Positions 15,054-28,733 of a DNA stretch of 64,000 nt are shown here, in pieces. The stretch comes from Bigelowiella natans CCMP2755 (Eukaryota; Protista; Cercozoa). Positions within the stretch are counted from its first letter, which is position 1. The number at the start of each line of letters is the position of its first letter. Under the pieces are notes generated by a model that was not told the DNA's origin, made no database searches, and saw only the letters and a program-made list of their open reading frames with translations. The translations under genes were made by a program, and so were the position numbers. Where the stretch lies: positions 17,748-81,747 of the forward strand of contig ADNK01003263.1 of the NCBI GenBank assembly GCA_000320545.1, written 5' to 3'.

Positions 15054-16246
15054 ATGAAGATATTAGCCATCGCGATAATGCGGCACCAAGGTGAGGGTAA
15101 GGATCCCATCGGCCTGGCAAGAGTTGAAGATTTGTCTAACTTCAGGTTAACAAGTAGTATTTATTAGATTAGAGAGAGCGTTCCTACTTCAGTGAATGGA
15201 TATCTAAACAATACGCTGTCGTATTGAGACATCGAATTTGTGTTTATGCATCTATCCATGCTGTCGGGCGTTTGTCTGTCCGCCCATAGTTATTTCACGA
15301 GATCAACGATCCGGGAGCACTTGACATTTGCCATCAGAACGGTAAGTTTAGTATACTTCATTTGGTGAAACTGTTACACGTTTCACCGGTTATTCCCTTA
15401 TGGTGATTCTAAGTGCTCCACTCCTCAACTCTCAAGATGGAATATTTTCTACTGTTTTTAAAATCTAGCCGCATTGATCTTGATCATAAATTTAGTCCCT
15501 GCTATTATTATTATTATTACTATTATTATTATTATGATATTATTCAGGTGGCACAACGGACCAAACCTGGTTTTAGACAAACTGTGGGGTTAAAAGACAT
15601 CGAATTCGTGTGCCATGTAAGTACAATAAAAATTAAAAACTATATTCACACACAATAAAGTGAATCCTGGAATCTCCCTTTGTTTCCTGTTATTACATGA
15701 TAGCATGCATATTTCATCCTCACCGCCGCTGGTTGCACGTTCACGACACATTGGTTATCTTGTCCAAGTAGCCGTCCGCTATTACTACCACCTCTACAGC
15801 TTAACGCTACCGTATCATCATCGTCGTCATCATCACAATCATCGTCAATGCAGGTTCACGTGAGATCCAACGGTATCTGTGGATTAGTTGTTTCAGACGA
15901 GGAATATCCGGTTAGGGTGGCTTTTTCGATGATTACTGATTTGGTAAATAAGTATATCAAAGAGGAGTCTAAGTGGCAAGAAATAACGACCGATGCCGAA
16001 GCTTCACCCGATTTCATGAAAACTGCTTTAGAGAAGTATCAGGATCCAAAGGAAGCGGACAAAGTCCTTAAGATCCAACAGACGGTAGATGAGATAAAGA
16101 ACATCATGCACAAGAACATCGATGATATTTTAAAACGTGGCGAGACCCTGGATGCTCTAATGGAGAAATCGAACGATCTTTCCTCTACGTCAGTAGCCTT
16201 TTTCAAGACGGCAAAGAAGCAAAATCAATGTTGTAAGGCTTATTGA
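15054..16246 (+). CDS. YKT6: Longin R-SNARE YKT6 (exons 15054-15145, 15290-15341, 15548-15616, 15854-16246)
   Basis: MKILAIAIMR...EDLSNFSYFTRSTIREHLTF...CHVHVRSNGICGLVVSDEEYPVRVAF (longin domain); YQDPKEADKVLKIQQTVDEIKNIMHKNIDDILKRGETLD (SNARE motif); C-terminal CCKAY lipidation motif with no TM anchor. All introns are GT-AG and in frame. Confidence 0.96.
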
Positions 16247-16534
16247 TCGCTACGCGTGTATGCATACTCCCAAAAAGCAGTCAGAATGGAATTCAACAGA
16301 TACTGCTAAATTCTTTTCTGGCACAGTTGAGGAGGGTGTCCAATTTTTTTGAGTCTCAGCGAAGCATTGCGATACAAGGGTCGCTTTTTGATTGAGTAAG
16401 TGCCTCGTTACCCAGTGTTGGAAATTGTACTCTCATTATGCCCTGGGCTGTCTGACGGTCATGGAATAACAAAATGTCGTTGTAAAGAATAAAATAATTC
16501 GATCAAAAAGTATGATAGACATCGACAAGCAAAT

Positions 16535-17160
16535 TGGTGCCATCTAGCCATATGTCGCGTGACACGCTCTAGCGCTAGCTATCTGCGCTCTAATTCATGA
16601 GGTGTTCTCTCTGCTGCTGTACTTTCCACTTGCTCATCCTAAATTAGAAGATGTGGCATGCTGCATCGCTGCATGCATCATGCAGCTGCCAGCTGTGCAA
16701 TGATGGAGCCTGGACTCAGAGGACAAGTGCTAGCTAGCTAGATGTGGCTAGGTAGTGGCTGGTGGCTTCATCATTTTTCCCTACTAGCTGCGCATGCACC
16801 AGTTTAGCAGTATGGCGCCAGTCTAGCTAGCACTGTCAAGCTAGCAAGATGCGCTGAGCGTGCCCTTCACGTCATTGCTGCAGTCTTGAGCATGCCAGCT
16901 AGCCAGCATGGGCCGACTTGTGATCACACTCACGTCACATTGCCCAGCTTAGCCAGCGATACAATCATGTTGCGCAAACGAACTAGCAAATGTGTCGTCA
17001 TCGTCTAATTGTGGTGTACGCTTTCAAAGATGCCGCAATCCGATTCTGTCGCGCTCGCGCCAACGCAATCAGATCACGTCACTCAAGTGACGCCATCACC
17101 TGACAGATTGCGCATGTTCATGTACACGCTCTTGCTAGCTAGCTAGCTTGGTTACTTTCA
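16535..17160. other. TpA-depleted island 2 with CTAG micro-insertions
   Basis: CCAT-CTAG-CCAT 16540, CGCT-CTAG-CGCT 16565, CAAG-CTAG-CAAG 16837, nested CATG-CCAG-CTAG-CCAG-CATG 16891, CTTG-(CTAG)3-CTTG 17131. TA depletion is partial. Confidence 0.75.
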
Positions 17161-17903
17161 TCATGCAACTCGGGCGGGCCGTAAAATATGTAGCATAATT
17201 TTTAAAGAATTTAACATCTATTGGTACTACCCGATCACGTATCGTTGTGAACATCGGTATTATAATTTAAAGCAGCATTTGTGTGAGCATGTCGAAACAC
17301 AGCCGCTGCAATATCTAACTAACTTGCATTTATTTGATTAATTCCACATGCTCTCTCTATCAAGATGCTAGCATCACGCTCTTGACCAGCTGTTTAGTTT
17401 TAATGAGCATATGATAACTGGAGATGGAATAAATTAACGAATTCTATGCTTTCCTCACTTATCAGCCCCCCCCTCTATTCCTCCTTCTCCTTCTCCTTCT
17501 CTCCCTCCCTCTCTTTTTTCCCCTTCAGAACTCTTTCGTTCGCTCAAAAATAGCGCTGCTTGTGGAGATGATGTATATTGCTACTCATTATTCTCACTAT
17601 GGGTACATTGTGTCTGTCTTTTACGTGTCTTTATTGCTTTGCTTCCACAAAATGTGAATCACTTCCCGAAATATATAATCGAGAAGGTATTTCGAAGAAC
17701 CGTAAGAAATATTTAGATTTTTATTTATATACGATTGCTCTAGTAGATTTTACATTTCCTCAAAAAATTATCTTTTTAAAAAAAAACATTTATAGAAAAA
17801 ACATTTATAGAGTGGAGAGGGGCACGCGAGTGTTGTTGAACAAATAAGTGGTGCGAACATATTCAACTTTTTGACATATTGATGTTACATACACTACAGA
17901 CGT

Positions 17904-17941
<38 letters not shown>

Positions 17942-18348
17942 CAATTTATAAACATATATTTATTAACTGTGCTGAAATATTTATGTATTTATTTTGTGTG
18001 CATGGTCAGTATCTGTGCATTATAAATATTAGCTTGAAGAAATGAATTATTATGGCCTCCTCCTCCTTTCTGTTTATTTTCCAGATCAACATTGATAGGG
18101 CGGTTGTTCTCTTTCACTACCACTACTACTACTACCCCCCCCCCCTCTCTCCACCACCTCCTTTCAGGCCAATGGCGCTTCCATTTCCTGTAGTATATTT
18201 GGTAGTATTTGTAGTATCGTAGAACAGTTGTTACCCATCGATGATAACTAGATTTTAGTTTATAAGCTACTTCTAATGGGGATAACAATAAATAATATAT
18301 CAGGAAAGATGAGGTCAAAACGACGAAAAAGCAGCAGCAGAGGGAGTG

Positions 18349-18379
<31 letters not shown>

Positions 18380-18414
18380 CAGTATTTTGGTAATAAGAAA
18401 CATATTAAGAACAA

Positions 18415-18703
18415 TTAGTAGTAGCTTGCTTCATTATTACTGTCTACGACATCGACTCGATCGCCGTCCTTCATACTATAAGCTTCAAGAGTCTCTTCTT
18501 GGTGCTTTGGAATGCGGACGCCTGATGGAGGAGGAAGGAGGATGATGATGATGATGATGATGATGTTTCATATTGACCAGAATTCTCATCATTTTTGCAT
18601 CATCGTCATCATCATCATCATCATCATCATCATCTCTCACTATAATACCTTTATACAGCAGCCATACCGGTCTCTGTGAGGAACTCCCCTGATGGACGCA
18701 CAC

Positions 18704-18741
<38 letters not shown>

Positions 18742-19346
18742 CTCATTATTATGTCCATCATCATAAGTTATAAAGGAAGTACAATGTTCATTCTGAACAT
18801 GCTGCTGCCTATCTTGCACACATCATGTATTTAATACTCAATACTACTGTTTGAGTGTGATCATCGTTTTCATCATTATTATATCTTTCTTTCTCTCTTT
18901 CTCTCTCTCCCTTCCTCCCCCTCCTACCCTTCGACTTTGACAGTCTGTTGTTGTTTTCTTCTTCTTCTTCTTCTTGTTGTTTCTCTTCTTCTTCTTCCTC
19001 CAACCCTGCTGCCTCTGTCTATTTTCCCCTCCCTTCTCCCTTCTTTAATACTATCATCATCATCATAAAATTTGATCATAAATAAGCACACTGGTACAAC
19101 AACTACCTTTAAAGACAAAAAACCAACATGGGCCATCACGCTTTGAAGAAGTACATGAACTCGCACCATCGGAGAGACTGTCGCTTCAATCCAGAAACTT
19201 GATGGTGAGGAGGGGAGAGGCGAAAGTAGAGGTGTATTGATTATTTTCTTGAGTTGTTCGATATTAGATTGAGGTATTGATTTGTAGATGGATAGATATA
19301 GATATAGAGATAGAGATAGATCAGTCTCAAGAGAAAGAATATAAGC

Positions 19347-19379
<33 letters not shown>

Positions 19380-20548
19380 GCCCACTGTAATTTATTAATA
19401 CCCGTTCTCCTCACAATTAACATATACTCGAAAACTGTTCCGACTCCCACGAGGCACCATTTCAGCACTCTCCACCTAGTGATGGTGATAGTGATGATCC
19501 AGTAAAGAACAAGTGGAGAAAGTACTGTGTGTGCGCATCGATGGAGGAGGAATGGAAAAGATACTGATGCTATTGTTGTTAATTTAGTTGTTGTTGTTGT
19601 TGTTATTGTTGCAGTCGGCATTCGTGTGTGCATATCTATAATTATCATATAGTACCTGCACAACATGAAGAGTTGATTTGTCATTAAGCCCTGATGATGA
19701 AAGAAGAGACAGGTAGTAGTAGTAGACCACCATAGTTATTAAGTACAACTTACGTCGATGATAACAATTAATACGACACAACAACAAGCACTTCCTAGGA
19801 ATATAAAAATTTAGCATCATTTTTATGCAAAAAACATTCCCTTCGTATGAAGAACCCTCTCTATCTAAGCCTAATCGCTTCTCCTCCTCCTTCTCCTCCT
19901 CCTACTCCTACAACAGCAACAACAACAACAACAACTACTACTACTACTACCAGTCTCCCTGACAGTCGATTTAAGGTCCAACAGACGAGCCCGACAACTA
20001 AGTCTTTGAATGGAAGCAGAACCTATTAATTATATATGTCAAAATAATATATGTTAGTATATGTATATATTTTTATATGTACATATACAAGGAAAGAGAA
20101 GAAAGAGGAAGAAGAAACATAAGAAGAATAAGGGTATAGAGGGCAGACGTACAAGTATAACTTATGATAATAACGAAACCAGACGACGATTGCACAACTA
20201 CAATTGTGGTGGCTACGGCAATACTGTAGTAGCAGCAGCAGCAGCACCAACAGATGCTCAGGTATTCACGCACTCGACGCTGCAGAGAGGAGATTGGAGG
20301 CTCCGTTGTTGCCTTTTCTTGCTTCATGGGAGTTGTTCATAGCTAAGAAATATGACGAAGAAAACCGTCAATATTGCTGTAGAGCGTAATAAGTGAAAAT
20401 AATGAGAGGGACGATCTTGGGATAGAAAGAAGGTAATAAAAGGGAGGAGGAGGAGGGGAAGGAAGAAGAAGAAGAAGAAGAAGAAGAAGAAGAAGAAAGG
20501 CCCTTGATAGGATTCAAAAGAAAACAAAGGCAGCAACAGGCTACGCAC

Positions 20549-20581
<33 letters not shown>

Positions 20582-23346
20582 CTCCTGGTCCTCGAGTCAT
20601 TTGCCGAAATTGTTCCAGTAGTCTACAGAGAGATTGGGTAGTAGAAGAGTAGTGTCTTCTTGTTGTTGTTGTTGTTACTTTAAGTACATCCCATCATTCC
20701 AATCAATAAAAACAACAGCACTCGTAATAGTAGTAGTAGTAGTAGTAGGAGGATCTTGTAAACAATGACACGAAATGTGTAATACTTCCAAAACTAGAAA
20801 CACATCATCATCATCATTGGAAGATCTAAAATATGTCCGAGCTTGCTGCTTCTCGTGTGTTGTGCCGCTCCATCCCCCACATACACAAACACTGTTTTTT
20901 GTGTTTTTGCAATGACCCTTCCTCTAGAAAAGAAAGGGGAAAGAAGGTGGAGATAAAGAGGGAGGAAGGAAAACAACTGACAGACAGCAGACAAAAATAG
21001 ATGTACCTCCCAAGCGTGTCGTTCGGATTCACAGGCAGCCAGAGTCTTGAAACAGTGCAGGGAAGTCCCAACTTGACCTCCTGCATGTGCACGAAGAGGT
21101 TGTTGTTGTTGTTGTTGTTCACCATCCGGGGGGCAGAGGAGGCGCCAGATTGGTAAGAGGAAGAGGACGATTTGCTGTGCAGCCCCCCCCCCCCATAATA
21201 GCCTTCGCCATAACCACCTTCATTTGCGATTGAGGTTGAGGAGGAGGAAGAAGATCGGCTCTGACGAGAATGTGGAGAATGTTTATGTATGCCTTCTCCT
21301 TCATTATTATTACGTGAAAATTCAGGTATTGTGGTGGTGGTGGCTCTGCTGTTCGAGTGAGGATGATACTGCTGCTGCTGCAGTGTCCTCTTATTATCGT
21401 CATTTACGCGGGAAGAATAGGAAATAACATTTCGATTTGGAGAATGATTGCCCATTCCTTCTTCGTCTTCTTCATTGCCATTTAGTAATCCTCTGCTGCT
21501 GCCTTTGTAACCACTTGCGTTTTGGGCAGAGAATTCTCTCTCTTTCAAGTCTAGTTCGTATTTCTTTCTGATCCTGCTGCTATTGCTGTTTGAAGGAATA
21601 CGGTTGTACTGTTGCAATTGAGGATCAAACGTTCCCACTATGCTGCTACTGCTCCTCCTCCTCAAAATTTCATCGGTCTGCTGCTGCTGGTGGTGGTGGT
21701 GGTGCTGCTTAGTCGGAGAATGGAGCGAATTCACAAAAACCTTTAATACCGATTTAGGAAGTGCAGGGGGGGGTTGTAGTAATCCAGGGGAAAGGCCATC
21801 GTCATCAGCGGCAGAATCAGTAATTGATGACTGGTTTGATACGGGACGCACAAGCCGGTAGGCTTCAATGAGTTCTGCTGTAGACGTAATTGTGACAGCA
21901 TCATCATCGTCGTCAAAGTAGGTTACAAAGAATGACTCAGCTTCAAGCCGGTAAATCGTACTCAACATATCGTTCAATGCGTCGAACGAGAAACTAGTAG
22001 CTGGAAGTGAGAATCTGCGAATATCTCCCTCAAAATTTGCCTTAATGCAGTATGATGGCAACAATGACTTAGTCGGGCTTGCTGCCAAGAGATGATGATG
22101 GTTGGTAGCACCAGCCCGTAAATGGTTTGATGAAGTCTTCTTCACCATTAGGCTATCTTGGGGAGAAGAACGGAAAGAGGAGTTTTCATCGATATGATTC
22201 TCGCTTAATTCTGTTGCACGTAGAATGTCTGCCGTGCCGCCTTTCCCATGTACTGCAGAGTTTCTCCTCACTCCATTATTCCTCCCCCCTCCTTTCAGCT
22301 GTTGTCGTGTCTGTTGTCCAAGTTTTTTCTGCCCCTGCTCCTGCGTGTATTTGACCATAGTAGAGTCTCTTTTTTCTCCCCCCATGACTGACGTTGTCAC
22401 CGTCGATGATGCCAACCCTAATTGCTCTTCTGATTTGGCAGAAGGCTTATCCAGCTCTGTCATCGCTGAGAGCGCAAGTGCAACGGCTCGAGGATCCGAA
22501 CTTAATGGATCTTGTGATTGAAGTTCCATTACCTTAGCATTGAGCTGTGCAACCTTCATTTCTAAATCCTGTACATACGCTTTCTTTCTTCGCCGACTTG
22601 CTCGTGCTAGTTCAGCCTTACGGGCCAGTCTGAAACATAGCCCATTGAGAAAGAAATAAATTAACCCTCAGATTAGATGAGATCATTGATCCCAAATTAT
22701 GACGATAAGTCTGTTGTTACTATTCATTACAGCTCATGGCAGGGTGAAAAAGGTTGTATTCAAATTTATTCAAGGCTACATTGGTAAGTAGTAAAAGTAG
22801 TAAAGTGCGTTTAAATAATTTTATGTTGATAAATAATGTTCTATTCTGTCACGAAAGTAATTATCTGTATGGAAAGGAATCAAGAACCACATGTTGATTT
22901 CTAGCAAAAAGTCAAACATTAGATTTCATGACATAAATTGTTCTATTTCCTAAGTTCATTTCATTTTGAAAGTTTCGGCGCCCCTAAATGAGATTTCTGC
23001 CGCTAAAACTCTTTTTCCATGCACAGCGGCGTAAAGCATTGCAATTCGACTGTTTCCACTCATTATAATCTAGAATGAATCTATCTACGATAAAAATGAG
23101 ATGCCTTGCGGATAAATTCCGTGCCAAACCACTCGACATGAAATTAAGTGGCGTGGCACGTGGTCATCATCTACGGGCACTTCCGAGACCGAGATCTGTT
23201 TGTACTCTAAAAGCAGCCCGCAGTTCAATTTGTGACAAACTTCTTTTTTACCTTCTTTTTATCTTGTTGCTGCCTTCGGGAGCATTGGGCTCCTGATCCA
23301 TGTTTCGCGGAGGGGGCTCGGAAGGAGGCGGGCTCAGGCGATGCAT
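18415..23346 (-). CDS. bZIP transcription factor with PB1 domain and two C-terminal ubiquitin-like domains (last one SUMO-like); multi-exon
   Basis: Exon 1 23346-23252 (MHRLSPPP...KIKR) splices to 22629, giving RLARKAELARASRRRKKAYVQDLEMKVAQLNAKVMEL (bZIP). PB1: IKANFEGDIRRFSL...TYFDDDDDAVTITSTAELIEAY. Small downstream exons spell RLSCRARLLDLKSTVRETGLNDKSTLHVV (UBL) and LLYKGVRIPKHQEETLEAYSMKDGDRVDVV (SUMO-like). Stop at 18415, or at 18164 if two further short exons are used. Confidence 0.7.
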
Positions 23347-23876
23347 AATTGGTCTGATAGCATTGGCTTTGAGGTGTGAGCAGCTTACAAAATATGCAGC
23401 TGAGAGCTAAAATACTCCAGAAAATTCCAGAAAAGGCAAAAATGCAATCCAATATGTTCAAATATGTTCTACATCATCTAATGCACATGAAAATTACAAT
23501 GCATAATTAGGGTCCCTATTATCGAAGATTTGAGAGAAGTTCTGTATTATAGTGGAAAAATGATTGGTCGCATGCAAGTAAATCTAGTTGAATTTTTCGA
23601 AAATGCCAACTGCCTCCCCACCAGATGATCTTCTCGTGGGTTGAGCGATTTTGCAACAATTATCATGCTCAACAAGTCCAATTTTACAATGGAAAGGCCT
23701 ATACTTTTACTTGTGGGCTCCGAGCCACCGATAGTGTCGGGTGTCTCGTCGTCGCTCGAGATATTTTCAAAAGCCAGTCTTGCGGATGTTTGAAGTTTTC
23801 ATGGTGATATTTTCAGAAACGTCGAGCTATTACATTGTCGTAACAAAAGATTTAAATGTGTTTTTCAGTGAGTTAC

Positions 23877-25225
23877 ATTCTCTCTTTTGGGATTCATGTT
23901 TGAAATGACATCGATGCACTGTGACGTGGCTCTCCACGCACCAGCACGTCGCATCTCCAAACCGCGTGGACCAGTTTCAGGTCACAAAAAAGTGGGACAG
24001 AGGAAGTTGGAAGTTCCAGCGGTTTTCAACGTTCATCAAAGTTGGATGTTCCAAATCCATGCAAATCCAGGAAACAAATCCTGACACAGGTGAATCAGCG
24101 TGTCCCGTGCTCGTGGTCTTCTCAACCGCTGCAATGAATCTTCCTTTCTTTGTTTCCAAAAAACAAGTGCACATGCACAGTGTCCAACTTCGGGAAATTC
24201 GTCAATGTTCCAATGCTTCAATGCTCTCATTCGTCTAGTTCGTGCATTCGTTCACGTCAACCACGAGCACGCCTCACGTGTCCTCTCTCACTTCTCTGGT
24301 TCTCTTTCAGAAACGTCTCCAAACTCTCAACGTCACCACTCGTCCTCCTCCGTTCTGGCGTTGTCCAAGCTTGGCAGCAGCACAAGTGCAAACCTTGTCA
24401 GAAAGTCGCAACGGTCGCAGATCGATCAATCCGGTTCGAAGCGCAAAGTCTCTGCGACGAGCCTGCCTCCAGTCTCCTCACATCACTTCCAACTCTTCTG
24501 CTGGTTTTGTGCACGTTCGAGTTTGGACCTGAGTGAATGGTGGTGAAAGTGCAGAAAAATCAAAGCAGCTAGGCAGGCTAGCAGGTCTGCAGGGAGATGA
24601 CAGCCAGACGAGCTAGCGAGTGATCGATTTGGCGATCTCAAGATGTGGGTCCTCGTTCACGCACTGTGGAAACTCGCCAAACAAGCTGGCTAGCAAGTGC
24701 GTCCGTGATCCAGCTGCTTGTGATCGCACTTCGCTTGCGGTGAACGTGCACACACACACACACACACACACGCAGTGGGCTCCAGCCAGGCCAGCTAGCC
24801 AGCGCTAGTAGCGCCCTGCTAGCCTGCCGATCGGAATGAAGTGAGACAAACTAGCAAAGCGAACGTGCACACGCGGAACAGAGCACAACGTGCGTGCTGC
24901 AAGCAAGTGTCACTCGCAGTGTAGCAGGAGGTGGAAACTAGGAAAGCACTTCCCCAGTCCAGCACGTCTGAGCATCGCAGACACGCCTTTCCTTGCTTCG
25001 CTTCATGACCCTTTCAGGCTAGCAGGCTGCACCGCACACGACGATGTCCGACGCCCCCGCCATGTGGCGACGCACGCTAGCACGCAGAGATTCAGTGGCA
25101 TCATTGTGAGCATCACACATCCATGCTGCAGCATGCTAGCATGCGGGTGCGCTCAACATGCACTCATTGCTGGTACACCATGTTCATCCATGTGTCAGTC
25201 ATTTCCACATCACATCATTTGACCC
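23877..25225. other. TpA-depleted island 3 (decayed repeat or pseudogene DNA) with CTAG micro-insertions
   Basis: Manual count of 15 TA in ~1.3 kb (23877-25172): 13 in CTAG and 2 in GTAG. 11 of the 13 CTAGs have perfect 4-5 bp flanking direct repeats. Confidence 0.88.
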
Positions 25226-25333
25226 CTATGAATATTTGCATGGTCATCAATTGAACAATGATCTTCATATACATCTTTTTACTTCTCACAATGACTAAAG
25301 TAGGCCATGAAACACACATTTCTCATTAACATG

Positions 25334-25975
25334 TCAACTAGTAGTGTTCTCTTCCATCCGCCACCCAAGGACTTCCATAGCCCACATTAACGATCTATGT
25401 TCATCCTCTTTCAAGAGCCGAATCGCATCCCTTACAGGTTTATCGAAATTCTGGAGGAAATTCTTGGTTGGAGGGTACGCAAGTTTGGCAAACGACCACA
25501 ATGTAATCGATATATGATAAGAACTGAAATCATCTTGATGCCGTATTGCAGCATTTTCGAGAATATGTATCATTCGACGTTTACTCGCTGGCATCCCTAA
25601 AATCGGAGATCTAGCAATTGACCACAACATACTAGAAATTGTTTGTGGTGTCCATTTCGATTCCAAATCAACTGCTCTTTTATATAGCAACCGTATTATC
25701 TCCTCCTCTAGATCGGCAGACTTGCTTATGATACTACTACTACTACTACTACCACTACCACCGACTTCGCTACTTGAAGCATGCTGTCTGCTTATGCTAA
25801 ATGTGACAGCACGTGTGAGACGACCGACAGGATGTTGTGCCTAGTAAGAGGGAGAGGGGGAGGAAGGTAAGGGTGGATACATTGTGAACGCATCATAATA
25901 CGTGTGTTCTCTTTTCCTCCAAGAGAACAATAAACACTATTATATGCGTATTAGGTTGTGAAAATCAAATATTAT

Positions 25976-26016
<41 letters not shown>

Positions 26017-28614
26017 TATGTAATATTTACATGTATATTATATTTTCATATATATTTATTTATTACATTGCAATATAGATTTAAGATTACGCATTTAAAT
26101 AAATTAACAAAATAAATATCCACCAAAACATTTAGGACGCGCATGTGATATATGATTTCTAAATCCTTCTACCATACTATGATATTCATTTGTTGCATGG
26201 AGATTAAGTTTACTACTACTACTACTACTACTACTACTACAACTTGGATACTAATATTCCACTTACAAAGCGAGAAAGTGCCCAAAGCGCGTTGACCGTT
26301 CCTTGTAAATTTAGTAGGTTGTGTTTTCTCACAATTTGTTCTTTAAGAGCCTTCATAACACGTCCTTGGGGATGTTTTTTGAACTTTGAAAGAGCCCATA
26401 AGCAGTTTGCAACGCTCTTAAAACAAAACAATAATGGCGCAAAATAGCAAAGAACAACAGGAAGATGACAAGAAAAATAAGATGAAAAAGAAGGAGATGA
26501 TGATGATGATGATGATGATGGTATTATTATTAATAATAATAATATTATTAGTATTATGATACTGGTATATGGACATGTAACATACTAAAAACATAATTTT
26601 TTTGCTTTATAGATTATCATCTAGATTTTGTTTAAATGTATACAAAATATCTACAACACACACACACACACACACACACACACTCCCTTACGACACACAA
26701 CACACACCTGTGCAGTAAATTCATGAGATGAATGGGCAATTCGTGCTTCCAATGCCTTTTGCATGGCAGACGAAGGATTTATGGAGAGCTTTGCATATGA
26801 CCATAAAATAATGGATATTGCTTGAGAGGAGAATCTATAACAATTTTGGTGCTCGATTGTACTCTCCAGATCCTCTAGAAAAACATCCATCGGTTTTTCG
26901 CCAAGCTGTGTCAACGACCACAAGATATTGGCAGTTCCCTGTGGCGTGCATGTATTACTAAGAGCGATTGCTTTAAGTTGCAAAGCTTTTATCAATTTGT
27001 CACAGGGCTTATGTCTTATGCTGGCAAAGGCCCACAATGTATTGGAAACGGCCTGAGCATTAAACTTTCCAACATGCTTTAAAGTGGCCTTTTCGAGAGC
27101 ATCTAAAAGTCGTGGTTCAGGAGGTGCTAACGATGATGACGACGACGATGATGATGATAAGGATGATGATGAGATTATGTTGTGATAATTATTGTTATCA
27201 TTATCATCAACAAAACCACCAGCAACAGCAACAGCCACAGCAACAGCAGAGCTGTCTTCTCCCGCTCTCTTGCGACTCTCCAACTTTGCCAATGACCACA
27301 ACATACTCGCAATACTTTGCGGGGCCTTAAAAGTAGTAATCTGTCCGTTATCCACAACAACGAACAAACGAAGAAAATGGATGAATATATTGTACAAATA
27401 TACTACATTTGCATTAATAATATGCTAAAAGCAGCGAAGCAGAAAACGATAAAACAGAGAGAGAGAGGAGGGGGGAGGGGCAAAGTTGCGAGAAAAGACA
27501 AGAGAAGAATAAAAAGAGAGAACGAGAATGAAGGCACAGTAAGAGAAAATGAATGAAAAAAAGAGGAGAAACAACGTATTAGTAGTGAGCAAACAAGTGA
27601 ATAGATAATAGAGAGAACGATGTTCAATAACAACATTGGACGTCTTCTACTGCAACTACTACTACTACTAATACTAATACTAATACTATCAATCACCACC
27701 ATACCCTGCCTCCCATGGTTCAAAAACGCTTGCTTTCGTCATCAAATAAATAAATTAATAATATGTTCTACTACGTACTACTATTATTACAGGCGGCGTA
27801 CCTTATTTAATGTTACTTTCTGCATCTTTTGATGAAACTGCAGAGATGGACGATGCTGTAACTTAACAAACGCCCACAGTGTGTTTGAGATGTCTTGAGG
27901 GTTATATTCATCTAGTATTTGTAGACCTGCCTCCTGAGAAAGAGAGCGAGAGAGAGGGAGAATTCAATATAATAATGATTAGTAGGACAGACATTTACTA
28001 TTGCTGATGTTATCATTGATCGGTGTTACTTACTACTACTTACTTGCATATGATATCATGAAACAGCAACTACTATTACTACTGCCACTACCACCACCGC
28101 CACCACCACTACTACTACCTCAATGAGCGACATGGAAGAGTGCTCAAGTCGAAATCTCAAAGATGCAAAACTCCACAACATATTGGAAAGAGAATGCGCA
28201 TTTGTGGTATTTCTTCTCAAAACGAGGTTTTTCTCAATTTCCTTCAATAAGTCAACTTCTGATCTGTTTGTTGCAAAAAAAAGAAGAATTAAGCGATTGA
28301 ATAATTACAATCTTTACAGTACTACGTATCTCACCACCTGGTGATGATGATGATGATTATCATCGTTATCATCAACAAACTAAACTACTGCAATTATTAC
28401 CTTAGGCGCAGACGGACCATCGACCATAGAATGTTAGCCATACTTTGTGGATGTGCCTCACTTAGTTTGCCGTGTGCAAGATATAGATACTCAGCCAATA
28501 ATTTCGGTTTTATCCGAACATATCCAGACTTGGCTTCATTTGATGAATGTGTAGACAACACATCTAGACGTCCAAATGCCCATATTGCTGATGCTAGACC
28601 TGAGAAACGAATAA

Positions 28615-28646
<32 letters not shown>

Positions 28647-28698
28647 AATGTGTAACTTGTTTGTTTGATTAATGACGAATCCATAGCATGAAACAATG

Positions 28699-28733
<35 letters not shown>

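Noticed and set aside
15227-15243. Near-copy of YKT6 exon 3 sequence (AGACATCGAATT(T/C)GTGT) in intron 1
   Set aside because: Only ~17 bp, too short to support a duplication or regulatory claim.
17200-18400. Possible extra plus-strand gene (polypyrimidine-AG sites near 17528, 18084, 18167)
   Set aside because: No coherent spliced frame. It fits equally well as 3' exons or UTR of the minus-strand bZIP gene.
23887-25222. Overlapping Cys/His-rich ORFs in island 3 (also 12739-14600 and 35980-37727)
   Set aside because: They arise from loss of TAA/TAG stops in TpA-depleted DNA. I recognised no domain in any frame.
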